IMG/VR virus record: IMGVR_UViG_3300025012_000031
Coordinates: 32,001-96,000 of that record
DNA from: a virus
Reading direction: 5' to 3' (one strand)
DNA length: 64,000 nt
Part shown: positions 48,555 to 58,910 of the stretch, piece by piece
Layout: each line of letters opens with the position of its first letter
Numbering within the stretch: position 1 is the stretch's first letter
Position numbers and translations under genes: made by a program
The notes under the pieces: generated by a model
Told to the model about the DNA's origin: nothing
Database searches by the model: none
The model's input: only the letters and a program-made list of their open reading frames with translations

Positions 48555-49447
48555 TTAGTTTAAGCAACCGGAATGAAAGTTGCCATGTCGGAATAATTGC
48601 CTTTATACTTGACGGTGTAGAACTCTCCATCGAGCATTACGAGTTCACCGTCGGTCAGCTCCTGAGCGTTGGCCCACTTGAGTGCTTCCCGCTCATAATA
48701 ACTTTTATCAGAACAGATACAAGCGGAGCATTGATTGATCCATGCAACTTCTGTTTTCCTTGGAACCGACTTGTCAATTTCGATTGACTGCTCAATCTTT
48801 GCCTTAATTTCAGCAGCAACCTCAGAAGGCGTTTTATCACCGCGGGTAAATTTGTTTGTATAGTCAGCAGCAAAGAAACCCTTGATAGTAGCAACCGAAC
48901 CTTTTTTCCCATTGAGGATTACGTTTTCGTTGTGCTTAAGGAATTTCATTTTTCATCTCCTGTTGGTTGTTTGATTGTTTGTTGGATAAACAATAACAAA
49001 GAAGATGATTGGTGTCAATAGAAAAAATGCACTTTTTTCATATAGATGAATTTTTATTCTCCGTCGTCCTTTTCACCGAGTTGGATGTCATAGACGATCG
49101 TTAGAACATATGGGCGCTTTGGCTGGAGTGGATCAATGACGAGGTTGGTTGACTTGATGTCGACAACAGACCCCTTCTTTGCTCGACGCTCTAACCATCG
49201 CTTGATGTTCTTCTGCATACCGTTGAGATCGGTGCATCGGAAGAATCGTATGGTCGTCATGGTGGTTTCTTACTCAGCTGGTCGCTTGAACTTCTCAATG
49301 AGAGCATCTGCTTCCGCCTCATCTGCTACCGGAAGGCACATGTTGTGGCCGACTACGTACTGCTGTTCTTTGATCGTGATCTTTCGCATCGGCCCGGATG
49401 TATCGACCTCGACGCCGTCTTGCATCTTGACTGTCATGGCTACCTCC

Positions 49448-49705
49448 TTATCTACAACGAACGGGTTGGGGTATATACCCGGTGCCCGCAACTGATCCAA
49501 ATACTTGAACAATGGAGATGCCGATTCCCTCCTGGTCAGTTTCGCCGCGAATTGTTGCAATCGCAAACAAAAATCCGTTAAGACACTGGGTCTCAATAGC
49601 ACCGGTTGTACGATCGGGGATATAAATTTTCTTCTCTTCAGCACGTGCATATCCTGATGCCAGGACTAATGCAACCATAACTGCGAACATAACATTTGTT
49701 TTCAC
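49448..49705 (-). CDS. secreted small protein
   Basis: Signal peptide ending ARA; CLNGFLF...IVQV...P..C resembles pilin C-terminal domain. Confidence 0.6.
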   Translation of the reverse strand: MKTNVMFAVMVALVLASGYARAEEKKIYIPDRTTGAIETQCLNGFLFAIATIRGETDQEGIGISIVQVFGSVAGTGYIPQPVRCR

Positions 49706-49781
49706 TAGTGGCCTCCATTAGTTAAGAGTTCTTACCTTGCGGATATAGAATATCAAACTTTTGTGTGGATGTCAATAAAAA

Positions 49782-50282
49782 TTATGCTGCCCGCTTAATT
49801 TTTTTAACAGCAGCAGAATGATACACACAACTCTTATGAAGCCATTTTGATATCTCAAGCATATTTTCGAGATCGTCAACTAGGAAAATGTTGTTATTAT
49901 TTGCTATTTCTTGCAGTTTGCTTTTAACAAGTTTCCTGGAGCGATTTGATTCGACAATCTGGGCCACACTTGCACTCGGATCGTTACACAGATCATCAAT
50001 CATAAAAATGAAATAGCGATGCTTGTTTGCTCGTAAAGCCGAGGCAATAGAAAATCCAATCTCCGCCAACGAACCTTGTCCAGTCGTCTCAGACGTGACG
50101 GGAAATAGAATTATATCATCTTCTATCAGATGTTTGTTTTCATCTGCAACCATGCCCGGGGACCACGTACCTTCAGCGACCTGTGGGTTAAAGAAATCAA
50201 TACCATTTTTCTCATATTCATTTATAAACGGTTCGCGCCACTTGCTTGAACCACATGTACCAAAAAGACCAATCGTTATCAT
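49782..50282 (-). CDS. nucleoside 2-deoxyribosyltransferase-like protein
   Basis: GLFGTC..SKWR, FFNPQV..W, SLAEIG. Confidence 0.75.
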   Translation of the reverse strand: MITIGLFGTCGSSKWREPFINEYEKNGIDFFNPQVAEGTWSPGMVADENKHLIEDDIILFPVTSETTGQGSLAEIGFSIASALRANKHRYFIFMIDDLCNDPSASVAQIVESNRSRKLVKSKLQEIANNNNIFLVDDLENMLEISKWLHKSCVYHSAAVKKIKRAA

Positions 50283-50544
50283 TTAGTTTCTCCTTTAATC
50301 ATTCTTCAACGATTACATCAGGATTTAAGCGAAATTGTTCCACATCTTCGGCAACTAAAAGATCATCTGCAATTGCACTGTGTGTTACTTTCCTCCCATC
50401 AAATCTTCTATAGCGTTTACGAGCCGGTTCAATTACTACTAAGGGTGTTGACATAAGTTCTCCTTGTTAATTGTTTAATTAGATACTATGAAGGGTCTGT
50501 TAGTTTAATGATAAACAATTAACAGACCCTTCATAAATGGTTGA

Positions 50545-50615
50545 CGATGAAGTCCAGAATCGAACTGGAACCTGCTGCCGTCAGGGCAGCCGTGCGTCCA
50601 TACACTACATTCATC
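50545..50615 (-). tRNA. atypical tRNA-like RNA, anticodon ambiguous
   Basis: D and T arms normal; GCTGCC-CTGAC-GGCAGC arm; bulged acceptor. Confidence 0.55.
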
Positions 50616-50693
50616 TAATAGACAAGCTGCCCGCGAAGCAGAACACCCAAACAGACTATAATGTCACTCCCTGGGTTAGGAGTCTCGAGATGT

Positions 50694-51968
50694 TTAAACC
50701 GCGAAGTTATTTACACCATCTCCGTGGTCAATTGAAAAAATTCTAAAGAAGTCACTATCACCGATATCAGTACCAGTATCTTGTGGATGACGGGTCATGA
50801 AGTAACGCGAAATCAACATAAAGTGTTCCTGGAATGTATCTGGATCAACCGCTGTTGCAATAAGATTAGAATAAGGCGAATAAATCAAACCACAATCGCC
50901 CGTGCAATCTTTCTCCCCCATATATCCAATTAGCACATAATGATCTGTGCTATAAAAATCGCACATTAGTGGCAACGTACCAACTTTACCGACATAATAG
51001 GGATTCTCTTCGTCTGGCTTTGTTTTTGTGTGGAGTGGGTTTGTGAGTAGCAGAGCGCATGTTGACGAATCGGCTAAAACAAACATCTTTCTTGGCTTGC
51101 GGATTGCTCTTACGATTTGTTCCGCAGCATTGTAAATGTTGGTATAGATATCACTAGCAACGGCCATGATGTCGCCCTGAATACCATATGAATTGAGTAG
51201 AACAACATCATTCATTGGTGTGGCAATATCACGAAGATAAGCAATCGTCTCAATATCAATTTCTTGCTTGATTTCGGTTGAAAGTGTTTTGCCTGCTAGT
51301 TCGGTTCCCTCTACACCAAAGTAAGCCATATAATCTTGAAGCTTTTCTTTAGTGAATTTACTTTTGATTTTGCGGGACTTAACTTCTTTCAAGATTGTGC
51401 GAACTTCAAATTCAACATTCTTAACGAGTGAATTGTCGTCAAGGAACGGACCAGAATAATTCTTAAACACCTTCTTGATCGATGTTCTGTTAACAGATGA
51501 ATAGGTAACAGTACGAACATCCGGGACTTCTACTGTTCCGATGTCGGTTGTGTTGGTGACCAAAATTTTCGGAACGGCATTATCAACGATATCGATTCTT
51601 ACAAGAAGGAATGTACCTTCTTTAAAGATGACCTCGGCAACAGCACCAGCCGCTGAAAATGTCAATGAATCGCCAACGGCAATACCAGTCGTATCATCGA
51701 GAGCAATGATTCTACTCGTCTCAAGATGAATACCATCTGATAAAGATTTATCACCGGTGTAAATTGAGTACAGCGCCGCAATTTTTGCAGACGGAGACTT
51801 TGTTGGCTGCACATCAGCGATCTGGGTGATGAGCATTTCATTATAAAGATGATTGAGGAGCGGATAGATAAGTGGTTCCCAAGGAGCCATCGCAGTAGAA
51901 CCGCTTGATTCTTTGAGAGAATTATCTTTAAGAGTCTCAACTATTAATTTGTGATTCTGATTTTCCAT
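50694..51968 (-). CDS. gp23/gp24-family capsid protein paralogue (vertex-like)
   Basis: IADVQP..SP, KSRKIKSKFT.E..QD, LSTEIKQEIDIE, GLIYSPY, VDPDTFQ...SRY. Confidence 0.85.
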   Translation of the reverse strand: MENQNHKLIVETLKDNSLKESSGSTAMAPWEPLIYPLLNHLYNEMLITQIADVQPTKSPSAKIAALYSIYTGDKSLSDGIHLETSRIIALDDTTGIAVGDSLTFSAAGAVAEVIFKEGTFLLVRIDIVDNAVPKILVTNTTDIGTVEVPDVRTVTYSSVNRTSIKKVFKNYSGPFLDDNSLVKNVEFEVRTILKEVKSRKIKSKFTKEKLQDYMAYFGVEGTELAGKTLSTEIKQEIDIETIAYLRDIATPMNDVVLLNSYGIQGDIMAVASDIYTNIYNAAEQIVRAIRKPRKMFVLADSSTCALLLTNPLHTKTKPDEENPYYVGKVGTLPLMCDFYSTDHYVLIGYMGEKDCTGDCGLIYSPYSNLIATAVDPDTFQEHFMLISRYFMTRHPQDTGTDIGDSDFFRIFSIDHGDGVNNFAV

Positions 51969-52489
51969 GAATGTACCCCTTGTTGAAGTTTAAATTTATT
52001 TATCAACAAGGGAACTTCAGTATATGTGTTTTACTTTTTAAAATTCTTTCGTCATAAAGATTTCAATTATCATCGCATCAATCGCGCCGCGACTAACAAT
52101 ATTGAGTGAAAACGAATCACCATGACACGTGACAGCGCCACCATCGCCGAAAGATACGAATCCTGCGCTCAGTGGTTTATAGTGCGGAAATTTTTTCGTG
52201 AATGTTTCTGCAATGTCAGAGTGCTGTAATATCGAAGGAAAAAGAATCGGCACCTCGGCGTCAATCTTTGAATCAAACACAATATACTTCGTCTTAAGCA
52301 TCAGTGACAATCCTTTCTAAAGCATGTCTTTCAATTTTGCCTTGTTTTCATTTTTAACCTTTTGCATGCACTCCGCACACCCGTTTTCAAACACGGTTAT
52401 CTTCTTATCAGGGCTCATACATCGGCACTGACTAATGATTTTACCACAGGAACACTTATTTGTATAATGTTCGCCCAAGATGATTCTCC

Positions 52490-53422
52490 TTAATCCATGT
52501 CGTCAAGCAAATCGCTGCAACCGTAGAGTTTATTATCGAAGATGTATTCTGTCACTGCTGGGTAAAGTCTTTCATCAAAGAATCCTTGGTGAAATCCCCC
52601 CTTAAATCCAGCCCGGATTTCTGTTGAGGACAGTTCCATAATGTTTTCGCCGGCAAGAAAGACATGAGGCGCGGAAAGATACCAAGGGTTACGTGATACA
52701 TCAACCGTCTCCCCTTTTCTTGGGGCCACAACGAAACGAACTCGTTTCTCCAATTCTTCCCACTGAAACCAATCTTCAGCATGGTTCGCATTATCCATAC
52801 CCATGATGAATGCGAACCGATATGTATCTTTATACAGCGGGTCTTCATTCAGTGTATTCATGAAGTGAAGCGTTGTCCCACCGAACTTATTGGCTATTTC
52901 ATAATCGAACACTTTGATTCGTGGATCATCAATGGCGAGTTCACACATCCGAAGACGATGTTCAGCATTTTCCATCTTTTTACCGTACACAGATTTGTAG
53001 CAGGGGCACAACCAAACTTCATCAAATTCCTTGGCGGCCTTAAGAACTGTTTTTGCCACTTGAATATGGCCAAGATGAATCGGGTCAAAAGCACCACCCA
53101 TTAATGCGACGTTGATTTTCCTCCCCATTGATTTGTATTGGACGCGACGATTCTTTATCTTTTCCCAGTTCTCTTGAAGCAGAACTTCAACAGAGACACC
53201 CAACTCTTCAGCTGCAACAAAACACGAGGCAATGATATCACCCAGTTCTTCCCTGAAGTTTTTGATGTCGGTGAAGCGACTAAGTTCAATCGCTTCACCG
53301 AGGATATCATTGACTCTGGTTTTTATTGATGATCGGCCGAATGCTTCTTTGAAAACCTCAGCAGTGTGAGCTGATAAATGATCAACATTCTTCATTGATT
53401 TCTTGTCCTTGATTTTTATCAT
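52490..53422 (-). CDS. MazG-like plus NadD-like nucleotidyltransferase fusion
   Basis: GEAIEL...EELGD; GGAFDPIHLGH, GMDN, LSSTEIR. Confidence 0.88.
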   Translation of the reverse strand: MIKIKDKKSMKNVDHLSAHTAEVFKEAFGRSSIKTRVNDILGEAIELSRFTDIKNFREELGDIIASCFVAAEELGVSVEVLLQENWEKIKNRRVQYKSMGRKINVALMGGAFDPIHLGHIQVAKTVLKAAKEFDEVWLCPCYKSVYGKKMENAEHRLRMCELAIDDPRIKVFDYEIANKFGGTTLHFMNTLNEDPLYKDTYRFAFIMGMDNANHAEDWFQWEELEKRVRFVVAPRKGETVDVSRNPWYLSAPHVFLAGENIMELSSTEIRAGFKGGFHQGFFDERLYPAVTEYIFDNKLYGCSDLLDDMD

Positions 53423-53758
53423 GTCCGGCCAACTGATCTTCTAATTTTGCAATCAAGAAGGCCACGAGTTCTAGTCGGCGCCGGCCGTATTCACCCGACC
53501 ACATATCGTTGGCGCCCATTGTCGGTCGAGGAACAGGATACGAAACACTGCCACTATGTTTACCCCACCCGCATGCATAAATTCCAACGAATGGATATGC
53601 ATATTTACCGCTGATGTCGGAAAGATTAGAGCAAATCCCTGTAAATTTGTGCACTATCCTACCATCACGAATCTCTTTCAAACCGTCCAGGAAATTTTGC
53701 TTCTGATCATCTGTGAAAATCATAAATACTCCGATTTGGTTAGTTAGATCATTTCAAA

Positions 53759-53806
53759 ATGAAAATGCGGCTGAACACAATGAAAAATGTTCAGCCGCAT
53801 TTTCAT
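53759..53806 (-). terminator. intrinsic terminator
   Basis: ATGAAAATGCGGCTGAACA / TGTTCAGCCGCATTTTCAT. Confidence 0.7.
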
Positions 53807-53811
53807 TTGGA

Positions 53812-54102
53812 TTAAACGCCGGTAGAAACCTGGGGGTTGAGAAGATTGGCCAAGGAGAGTTTCATGTTACGACCCTCGGCGATGGTGTTGGCGAGGTCGA
53901 AGTTTTCGCCTTCGATTTTTGCGGCGAATTTCTCGAATTCAATCCGGGCGGCGGCGAGAGCTTTGTTGTTTTCTTCGATCAGCGTCTCGGTTTCTTTGAT
54001 GCCGAGGTCAAGTTCACGGAGCTTGAGTTTGAAGTCGGCGAGGACATCAGCGATACGAGCTTTACCGGTTTTCTGTTTGACCAAAAAGGATGTAAATTTC
54101 AT
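53812..54102 (-). CDS. coiled-coil protein
   Basis: GAAAGG RBS; heptad pattern; GC-rich codons. Confidence 0.65.
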   Translation of the reverse strand: MKFTSFLVKQKTGKARIADVLADFKLKLRELDLGIKETETLIEENNKALAAARIEFEKFAAKIEGENFDLANTIAEGRNMKLSLANLLNPQVSTGV

Positions 54103-54166
54103 GATTTGTTGCCTTTCGTTTGTTGGTTGATTGGATTATGTAACCCCTTATTAGGTTACATTAAAG

Positions 54167-54239
54167 TGGATGAGTGAGTTAGAATCAAACTAACGACCTC
54201 CGCCCGAATGGCGGTACTCTATCACTGAGCTATCACCCA
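54167..54239 (-). tRNA. tRNA-like RNA with 5-nt anticodon loop
   Basis: Normal acceptor/D/T arms and CCA; CCGCC-ATTCG-GGCGG. Confidence 0.65.
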
Positions 54240-54247
54240 ATAAAATT

Positions 54248-54321
54248 TGGTGCGGTGGACAGGAGTCGAACCTGCATCTTCCGCTCTTATGCGGCTGATC
54301 TACCAATTTATCTACACCGCG
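54248..54321 (-). tRNA. tRNA-like RNA with 6-nt anticodon loop
   Basis: CCGC-ATAAGA-GCGG; canonical T arm; CCA. Confidence 0.65.
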
Positions 54322-54399
54322 AGACGATGCCGCCGACGTACTTCCATAAAGGGGCGGACCTCGATAGAAATATCATCCATCGTCTTTTTCAAAAACTTT

Positions 54400-54520
54400 G
54401 CGTGTCATAAAGGATTCGAGCCTTTGTTTCTCCATGCGGAATTACGGCAACCGTTAAATGTGGGAATCGAACCCAGCGCCAACCCAGGTGGATTGTCCTT
54501 TCCTATAGACGAATGACACG
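54400..54520 (-). ncRNA. extended tRNA-like RNA with two T-loops
   Basis: CGTGTCAT/ATGACACG stem, D arm GTCT-ATAGGAA-AGGAC, internal TGGGTTCGATTCCCA, terminal AAAGG-CTCGAAT-CCTTT. Confidence 0.6.
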
Positions 54521-54831
54521 TTATAAACAAACTTCTAGTAGAGCGAGTTTAAATCGGAAGGGCGTCGGCCGTTCGCGAATCAAACTCAAACCCCACCTTA
54601 AGATCAATTCCGTATTGTGAAAGCCATTATAATTCATCCTTATGAAGATGTAAATGGTTAATTTACATTGGAAGCAATTTAAATTTCTTGATTTCCAAAT
54701 TTACACCGTAAGAACCTGCTGCTTTCACTGCGGCACCGGGACTCTTGTCCCATACTCTTCGGTTAGTGCCGCTTTGGAACCAAGATTTACATTTATGATC
54801 CCAGATCTTATAAACGAACTCTTCATTCATT

Positions 54832-55239
54832 TTAATAAGTCCTCCCAATTGTTAAATGGAATTTCCAATCACTCGGTCGCCCTGCTTCATCTCGCATCAT
54901 CTTGAGAAACGGTGCATCAACTTCAACGAACCAGTAATGATCCGGGCGATCCCAACCTGTAGTATCTCCGCTACGACGCACATCATGCTTATATCGAAAG
55001 TCAACGATTTCTCCATCATACTTTTTCCAGAACTCACCAACATTCTCTCCGCGGAAAATCGAAACATGCGCATCCCAAGAAGGCTGGTACAAATCAATAC
55101 CCATCATCCGTTTAACCCACCAACGATAGTAGCGGGTGATTTCTTTGTCTACATTAAGGACACACCAATGCTCCGTCTTCTTTTTCATTTCTCCACGAAA
55201 TGGATCATAGATGATTTTTCCTGTGCCCGGATGCCACAT
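54832..55239 (-). CDS. 2H phosphoesterase
   Basis: AHVSI and FHLTIG motifs. Confidence 0.7.
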   Translation of the reverse strand: MWHPGTGKIIYDPFRGEMKKKTEHWCVLNVDKEITRYYRWWVKRMMGIDLYQPSWDAHVSIFRGENVGEFWKKYDGEIVDFRYKHDVRRSGDTTGWDRPDHYWFVEVDAPFLKMMRDEAGRPSDWKFHLTIGRTY

Positions 55240-55454
55240 TTTCTAAACTCTCTTTGTTCAATTTGTATCAGAGTATTAAATCAAATTTCATCATTAATGT
55301 CAACAACATTTTTCTTTACAGTGCATTTCTTAGTGACATCATGCTTAATTACAGCATTGCACAATTCCCTAGAATTACATACACCTAGAAGTTCACAATC
55401 AAGACAACAGTCTGTCTTGTTATTTTCACATCTTGAACCATGACACTTCATATG

Positions 55455-56162
55455 TTATTTCTTTTTCGATTGTTTATCATAATCTATTCGAGTATGATAG
55501 ATACCGTCAAGTTCTCTGACGAGTTTCAATTGGACCTGCCGCAAGATACCGACCCGCATTTGGTCAAGTTGTTTGTCATCTCTCAATCGCTCAATGGTCT
55601 CCCTGACAACGTCGGTCCTGGCAATGGGCTCTAACATTCTATCAGCCCGGCCGCATGAAGTTGCCTCTACGGCATCGGTAATCATGAGGATGCTGGAGTA
55701 TTCACAATCGGGTTTGGGGCACTTATAGCGGAATTTGTCAATTGCCTTAGATTCTGTTTTGTTGCAGATGGCCATGAGCGGAGAGTCGCCGTGATGTTTA
55801 GCGATGACTTGGAGAACTTCCCTTGGCATATCTGTTTGTGTTAAAAGAATCATAACACTGTCAGATACGTGCCTTGTTAGTATTTGATAGGAGATGTGTG
55901 GTTCGAGGTTATCGTGGGGATTTTCTTCTTCTTGATTTTCGGTGAAATAATGTGGGTTGATGATTTTACCGATGTCATGATACATTGCACAGACCTTCAT
56001 AAATGTCTGGTCAAGACCAAGGTCAGCGGCAATAGCTTCAGCAAGAGTCGAGACATTCTGACAATGCCTGAATGTACCCGGGGCAGCAGCTTTGAATCTT
56101 CCTAGTAAAGGATAATCAGATTCGAGATATTGCTTTAAATTTTCACTGTTGAATTCATTCAT
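55455..56162 (-). CDS. soluble HDIG phosphodiesterase, PgpH-type HD domain
   Basis: APGTFRH..NV..LAE, YHDIGK..NP.YFTENQ, NPHD.L.P..S, HHG, FRY..PKP, ILMITDAVEA; no TM. Confidence 0.88.
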   Translation of the reverse strand: MNEFNSENLKQYLESDYPLLGRFKAAAPGTFRHCQNVSTLAEAIAADLGLDQTFMKVCAMYHDIGKIINPHYFTENQEEENPHDNLEPHISYQILTRHVSDSVMILLTQTDMPREVLQVIAKHHGDSPLMAICNKTESKAIDKFRYKCPKPDCEYSSILMITDAVEATSCGRADRMLEPIARTDVVRETIERLRDDKQLDQMRVGILRQVQLKLVRELDGIYHTRIDYDKQSKKK

Positions 56163-56234
56163 TATTTGTTTCACCTTCGTTTGTTTTTGTATCAACGATG
56201 TACCGTTTTATGCATCTTTGTAATCAAAACCCGG

Positions 56235-56322
56235 CGGCGAGGAAGGGAATCGAACCCTTAAACCGATTCATCATCGGCTGGCTGCTTTCCAAGCAGCTGA
56301 CCTACCGTTAGTCAACCACGCC
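56235..56322 (-). tRNA. tRNA-Ser(GGA)
   Basis: GCTGC-TTGGAAA-GCAGC; long variable arm; G73. Confidence 0.88.
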
Positions 56323-56696
56323 AAATCTTTTTATTATAGTCTTTAGCTATTACTTGATGTATCTGGTCTTGCTTGTGGTCACATCTGATAGTATGGAATG
56401 ATATAACAATCATGCCGCATTCTATGATGGGTTCTGCATCATTTCTTTTATTTTGGTTTTTGCTTTCGTAAGTACGATCATCAACTCATCAAGCTCCCAG
56501 GGACTTAATGAAACCATGCTTGGGTCTTCCTTGTCAAGACCTTGACATATCTGAACCATTAATGCGGACGGACTGTTAACCGGCCTCATTTTTCGCTCTA
56601 TTCGGTTTAGTTCAACCCAGGTCATATCGTCATGACCTATTTTTTCTGTTAGATGATTTGTTATATTTGGATGTGTCATATCTGTTCCTTTCATCA

Positions 56697-56769
56697 GGCT
56701 CATGGGTTGGTTTCGAGGCCAACATCTCCCTTTTATGAAAGGGTATCCTATTGTTAAACGACCATGAGG
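56697..56769 (-). tRNA. degenerate tRNA, CAU anticodon
   Basis: CTCATGG/CCATGAG acceptor, TTCATAA loop, altered D and T loops. Confidence 0.5.
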
Positions 56770-57196
56770 AGCAAATTATATCATTATTCGGCACTCGTGT
56801 CAATCTTTAATTTCTTTAAATCGGAAATAAGATCGGCCTTTGAATAAGCTTTCCCGACCCAGATCAGATCTGCATAGGTAGCATTTGCTTCGAGCTTTTT
56901 AAGAATTTCATTCAACAGTTCTTCGTTCATAATTTTCTCCACGTGTTGATTGTATAATAAAAGTTGCATCAAGATTATCAATGCAACTTCTAAGAATCAT
57001 TTTATGTATTTACTCTATTGGAACTCTTCCGCTTCCACCGCATACACGACACGTTCCGATGAAGGATTCGAATGGCGGAGTATATTCGTTCTGCTGTGTC
57101 TTACCGGCACCGTTACAATTCGGACAAGTTTTAACTTTGATTTTAATCGTCATTGTTTCGGCCATGATAATCTCCCGGGCTGTATAAATGGTCAAG

Positions 57197-57277
57197 AGGA
57201 AGATGAAGTAATCGAAACCTCGTGTTTTACCACGGCATAGCGTTCGAAGCTAATTTGCCACCTTGGCGCCACCTTCC
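57197..57277 (-). tRNA. tRNA-Ser(CGA), 8/4 fold
   Basis: GGAAGGTG/CATCTTCC, loop TTCGAAC, 4-bp T stem, U73. Confidence 0.75.
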
Positions 57278-57522
57278 TTATTTCAATTCTTCAAGAAAAT
57301 CTAAATCAACTTCACCTCTATCTAAGACAAGATCAATGTCATCCCAGTTATGAGTCCATATTAATTTAGGATGCAACCAATCAGCGACACTGATTGTCTT
57401 TTCTTTGTGATTCACCGTGACATGCGGCAATGGCATCCATGTTACATGATCAAGAAAACTTACAAGAATCGCTTTTGGTGTTCTTTGTATAATTTTGTCA
57501 TACGAAACTTTTACTGGCATCT

Positions 57523-57900
57523 TTAATCTTTACGACTGCCCGGCGGATAAACCTTTTTCGGATCAGCCGTCTTCATTTCCATTTTAATGTCTTTGTCTGC
57601 ATCAATGAAAGAAAGTAATTCTTTCTCCGTCTTAAAGTAAACTCGATTGGAGAAGTATGAAATTCCGTATGGCCCGCCCGGAGCATTACTAACGCTCACG
57701 TTGAATTGCTTTTTATCTTTTGTGTAGTAAAGAGCACCACCATGATTCTCGGCTGTACCCCACTTGTCTTTATCTTTATGCGAACCTCTGAAGCCGTACT
57801 TTGTTTTAGTAAGGAGTTTTGTTAACATTTCGCTAAAATCATCAGCGGTGAATTTACCAGCGGATTCTTTTATAAACTCGCTAAATTTTTTGATTGTCAT
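57523..57900 (-). CDS. internal-protein-like
   Basis: MTIKKFSEFIKE; TATAAATA upstream. Confidence 0.7.
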   Translation of the reverse strand: MTIKKFSEFIKESAGKFTADDFSEMLTKLLTKTKYGFRGSHKDKDKWGTAENHGGALYYTKDKKQFNVSVSNAPGGPYGISYFSNRVYFKTEKELLSFIDADKDIKMEMKTADPKKVYPPGSRKD

Positions 57901-57968
57901 CTGTATAACTCCTTATGTGAATACCATCTTTAAAGTGCATATACGGTATTTATAAAGATGACATGTCT

Positions 57969-58053
57969 TGGAGGAAAGTAGAGGAATCAAACCCCGATGC
58001 TATTAACACCCCCTGGTGTTCAAAACCAGTTTGCCGTCTTGGCGGTACCTTCC
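57969..58053 (-). tRNA. tRNA-Ser(UGA), 8/4 fold
   Basis: GGAAGGTA/TACTTTCC, CTGGT-TTTGAAC-ACCAG, U73 CCA. Confidence 0.8.
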
Positions 58054-58427
58054 ATATGTTTTACGAGTTCATGCCCTTCTGCTGACCGATGTCCCATGCA
58101 TAGTGCTGGGTGTATTGGTTCCAGAAGTCATAAGGGTTTTTTGTTATTCCTTGTTTCCCGGCAGTAACACCCTCATCATATTCGGGTGATAGATGTAATG
58201 CCATCGCTGTTCCCTTTGGAACTAGGGCACTTCTTCTACTCATTGTTTATTTCTTTCTTTAACATGCCAACGGATTATTGAAGATGTCCCAAATTTTAAG
58301 AGCATCATCTTTTATCATATTAGATGCATGTCTTTCACATTTGGTACATTTGATTTTCCATTCATAACCGCCAGGCGAATTTTGAAATTTGATGCGAGCT
58401 TCTGATCCACACCCACACCTCAATTGT

Positions 58428-58898
58428 TTAATTTCCTTTGACCATAGCTTCATTAAATTCTTTCCATTCTTTTGTTAGAAACAAGTCAATATAATAAAGA
58501 CCCGGTTCATAGCTTGCATATGAAACGTAATTAACCTGCTTATAGATTTTCTCTTCGCGGCCAGTTGGTACATAATGTTCGTACTTCATCAACGAACTCA
58601 TATTATTGATTCGCCAACGTTGATCATATGGAACTGACAATTCGCATCTTATCGATGATTCGCCGAATTCAACATAAGGACCGTGTGCGCCAACAACAAG
58701 ACGAACATAATCACCCGTAAGTAATGTTCCGTCTATTAGATGAAATTTTCTATTTTGTGACGGCAACCAATTGACGAAATCATGTAAGAGAATTTGCATT
58801 CTTCGGATACGATCTCGACCTAATGTTTTTGGGATATGCCATCCTCTGTCTTCTAACTGTTGACGATAAGCAGTAATCTCTTTTTCTATTTCATTCAT
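58428..58898 (-). CDS. hypothetical protein
   Basis: 156-aa ORF; YVRLVVGAHGPYVEF. Confidence 0.65.
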   Translation of the reverse strand: MNEIEKEITAYRQQLEDRGWHIPKTLGRDRIRRMQILLHDFVNWLPSQNRKFHLIDGTLLTGDYVRLVVGAHGPYVEFGESSIRCELSVPYDQRWRINNMSSLMKYEHYVPTGREEKIYKQVNYVSYASYEPGLYYIDLFLTKEWKEFNEAMVKGN

Positions 58899-58910
58899 TG
58901 TTAACCCGAG

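Noticed and set aside
50694-51968. The major capsid protein itself
   Set aside because: Divergent, short prodomain, isolated from a head module; more likely a vertex-type paralogue
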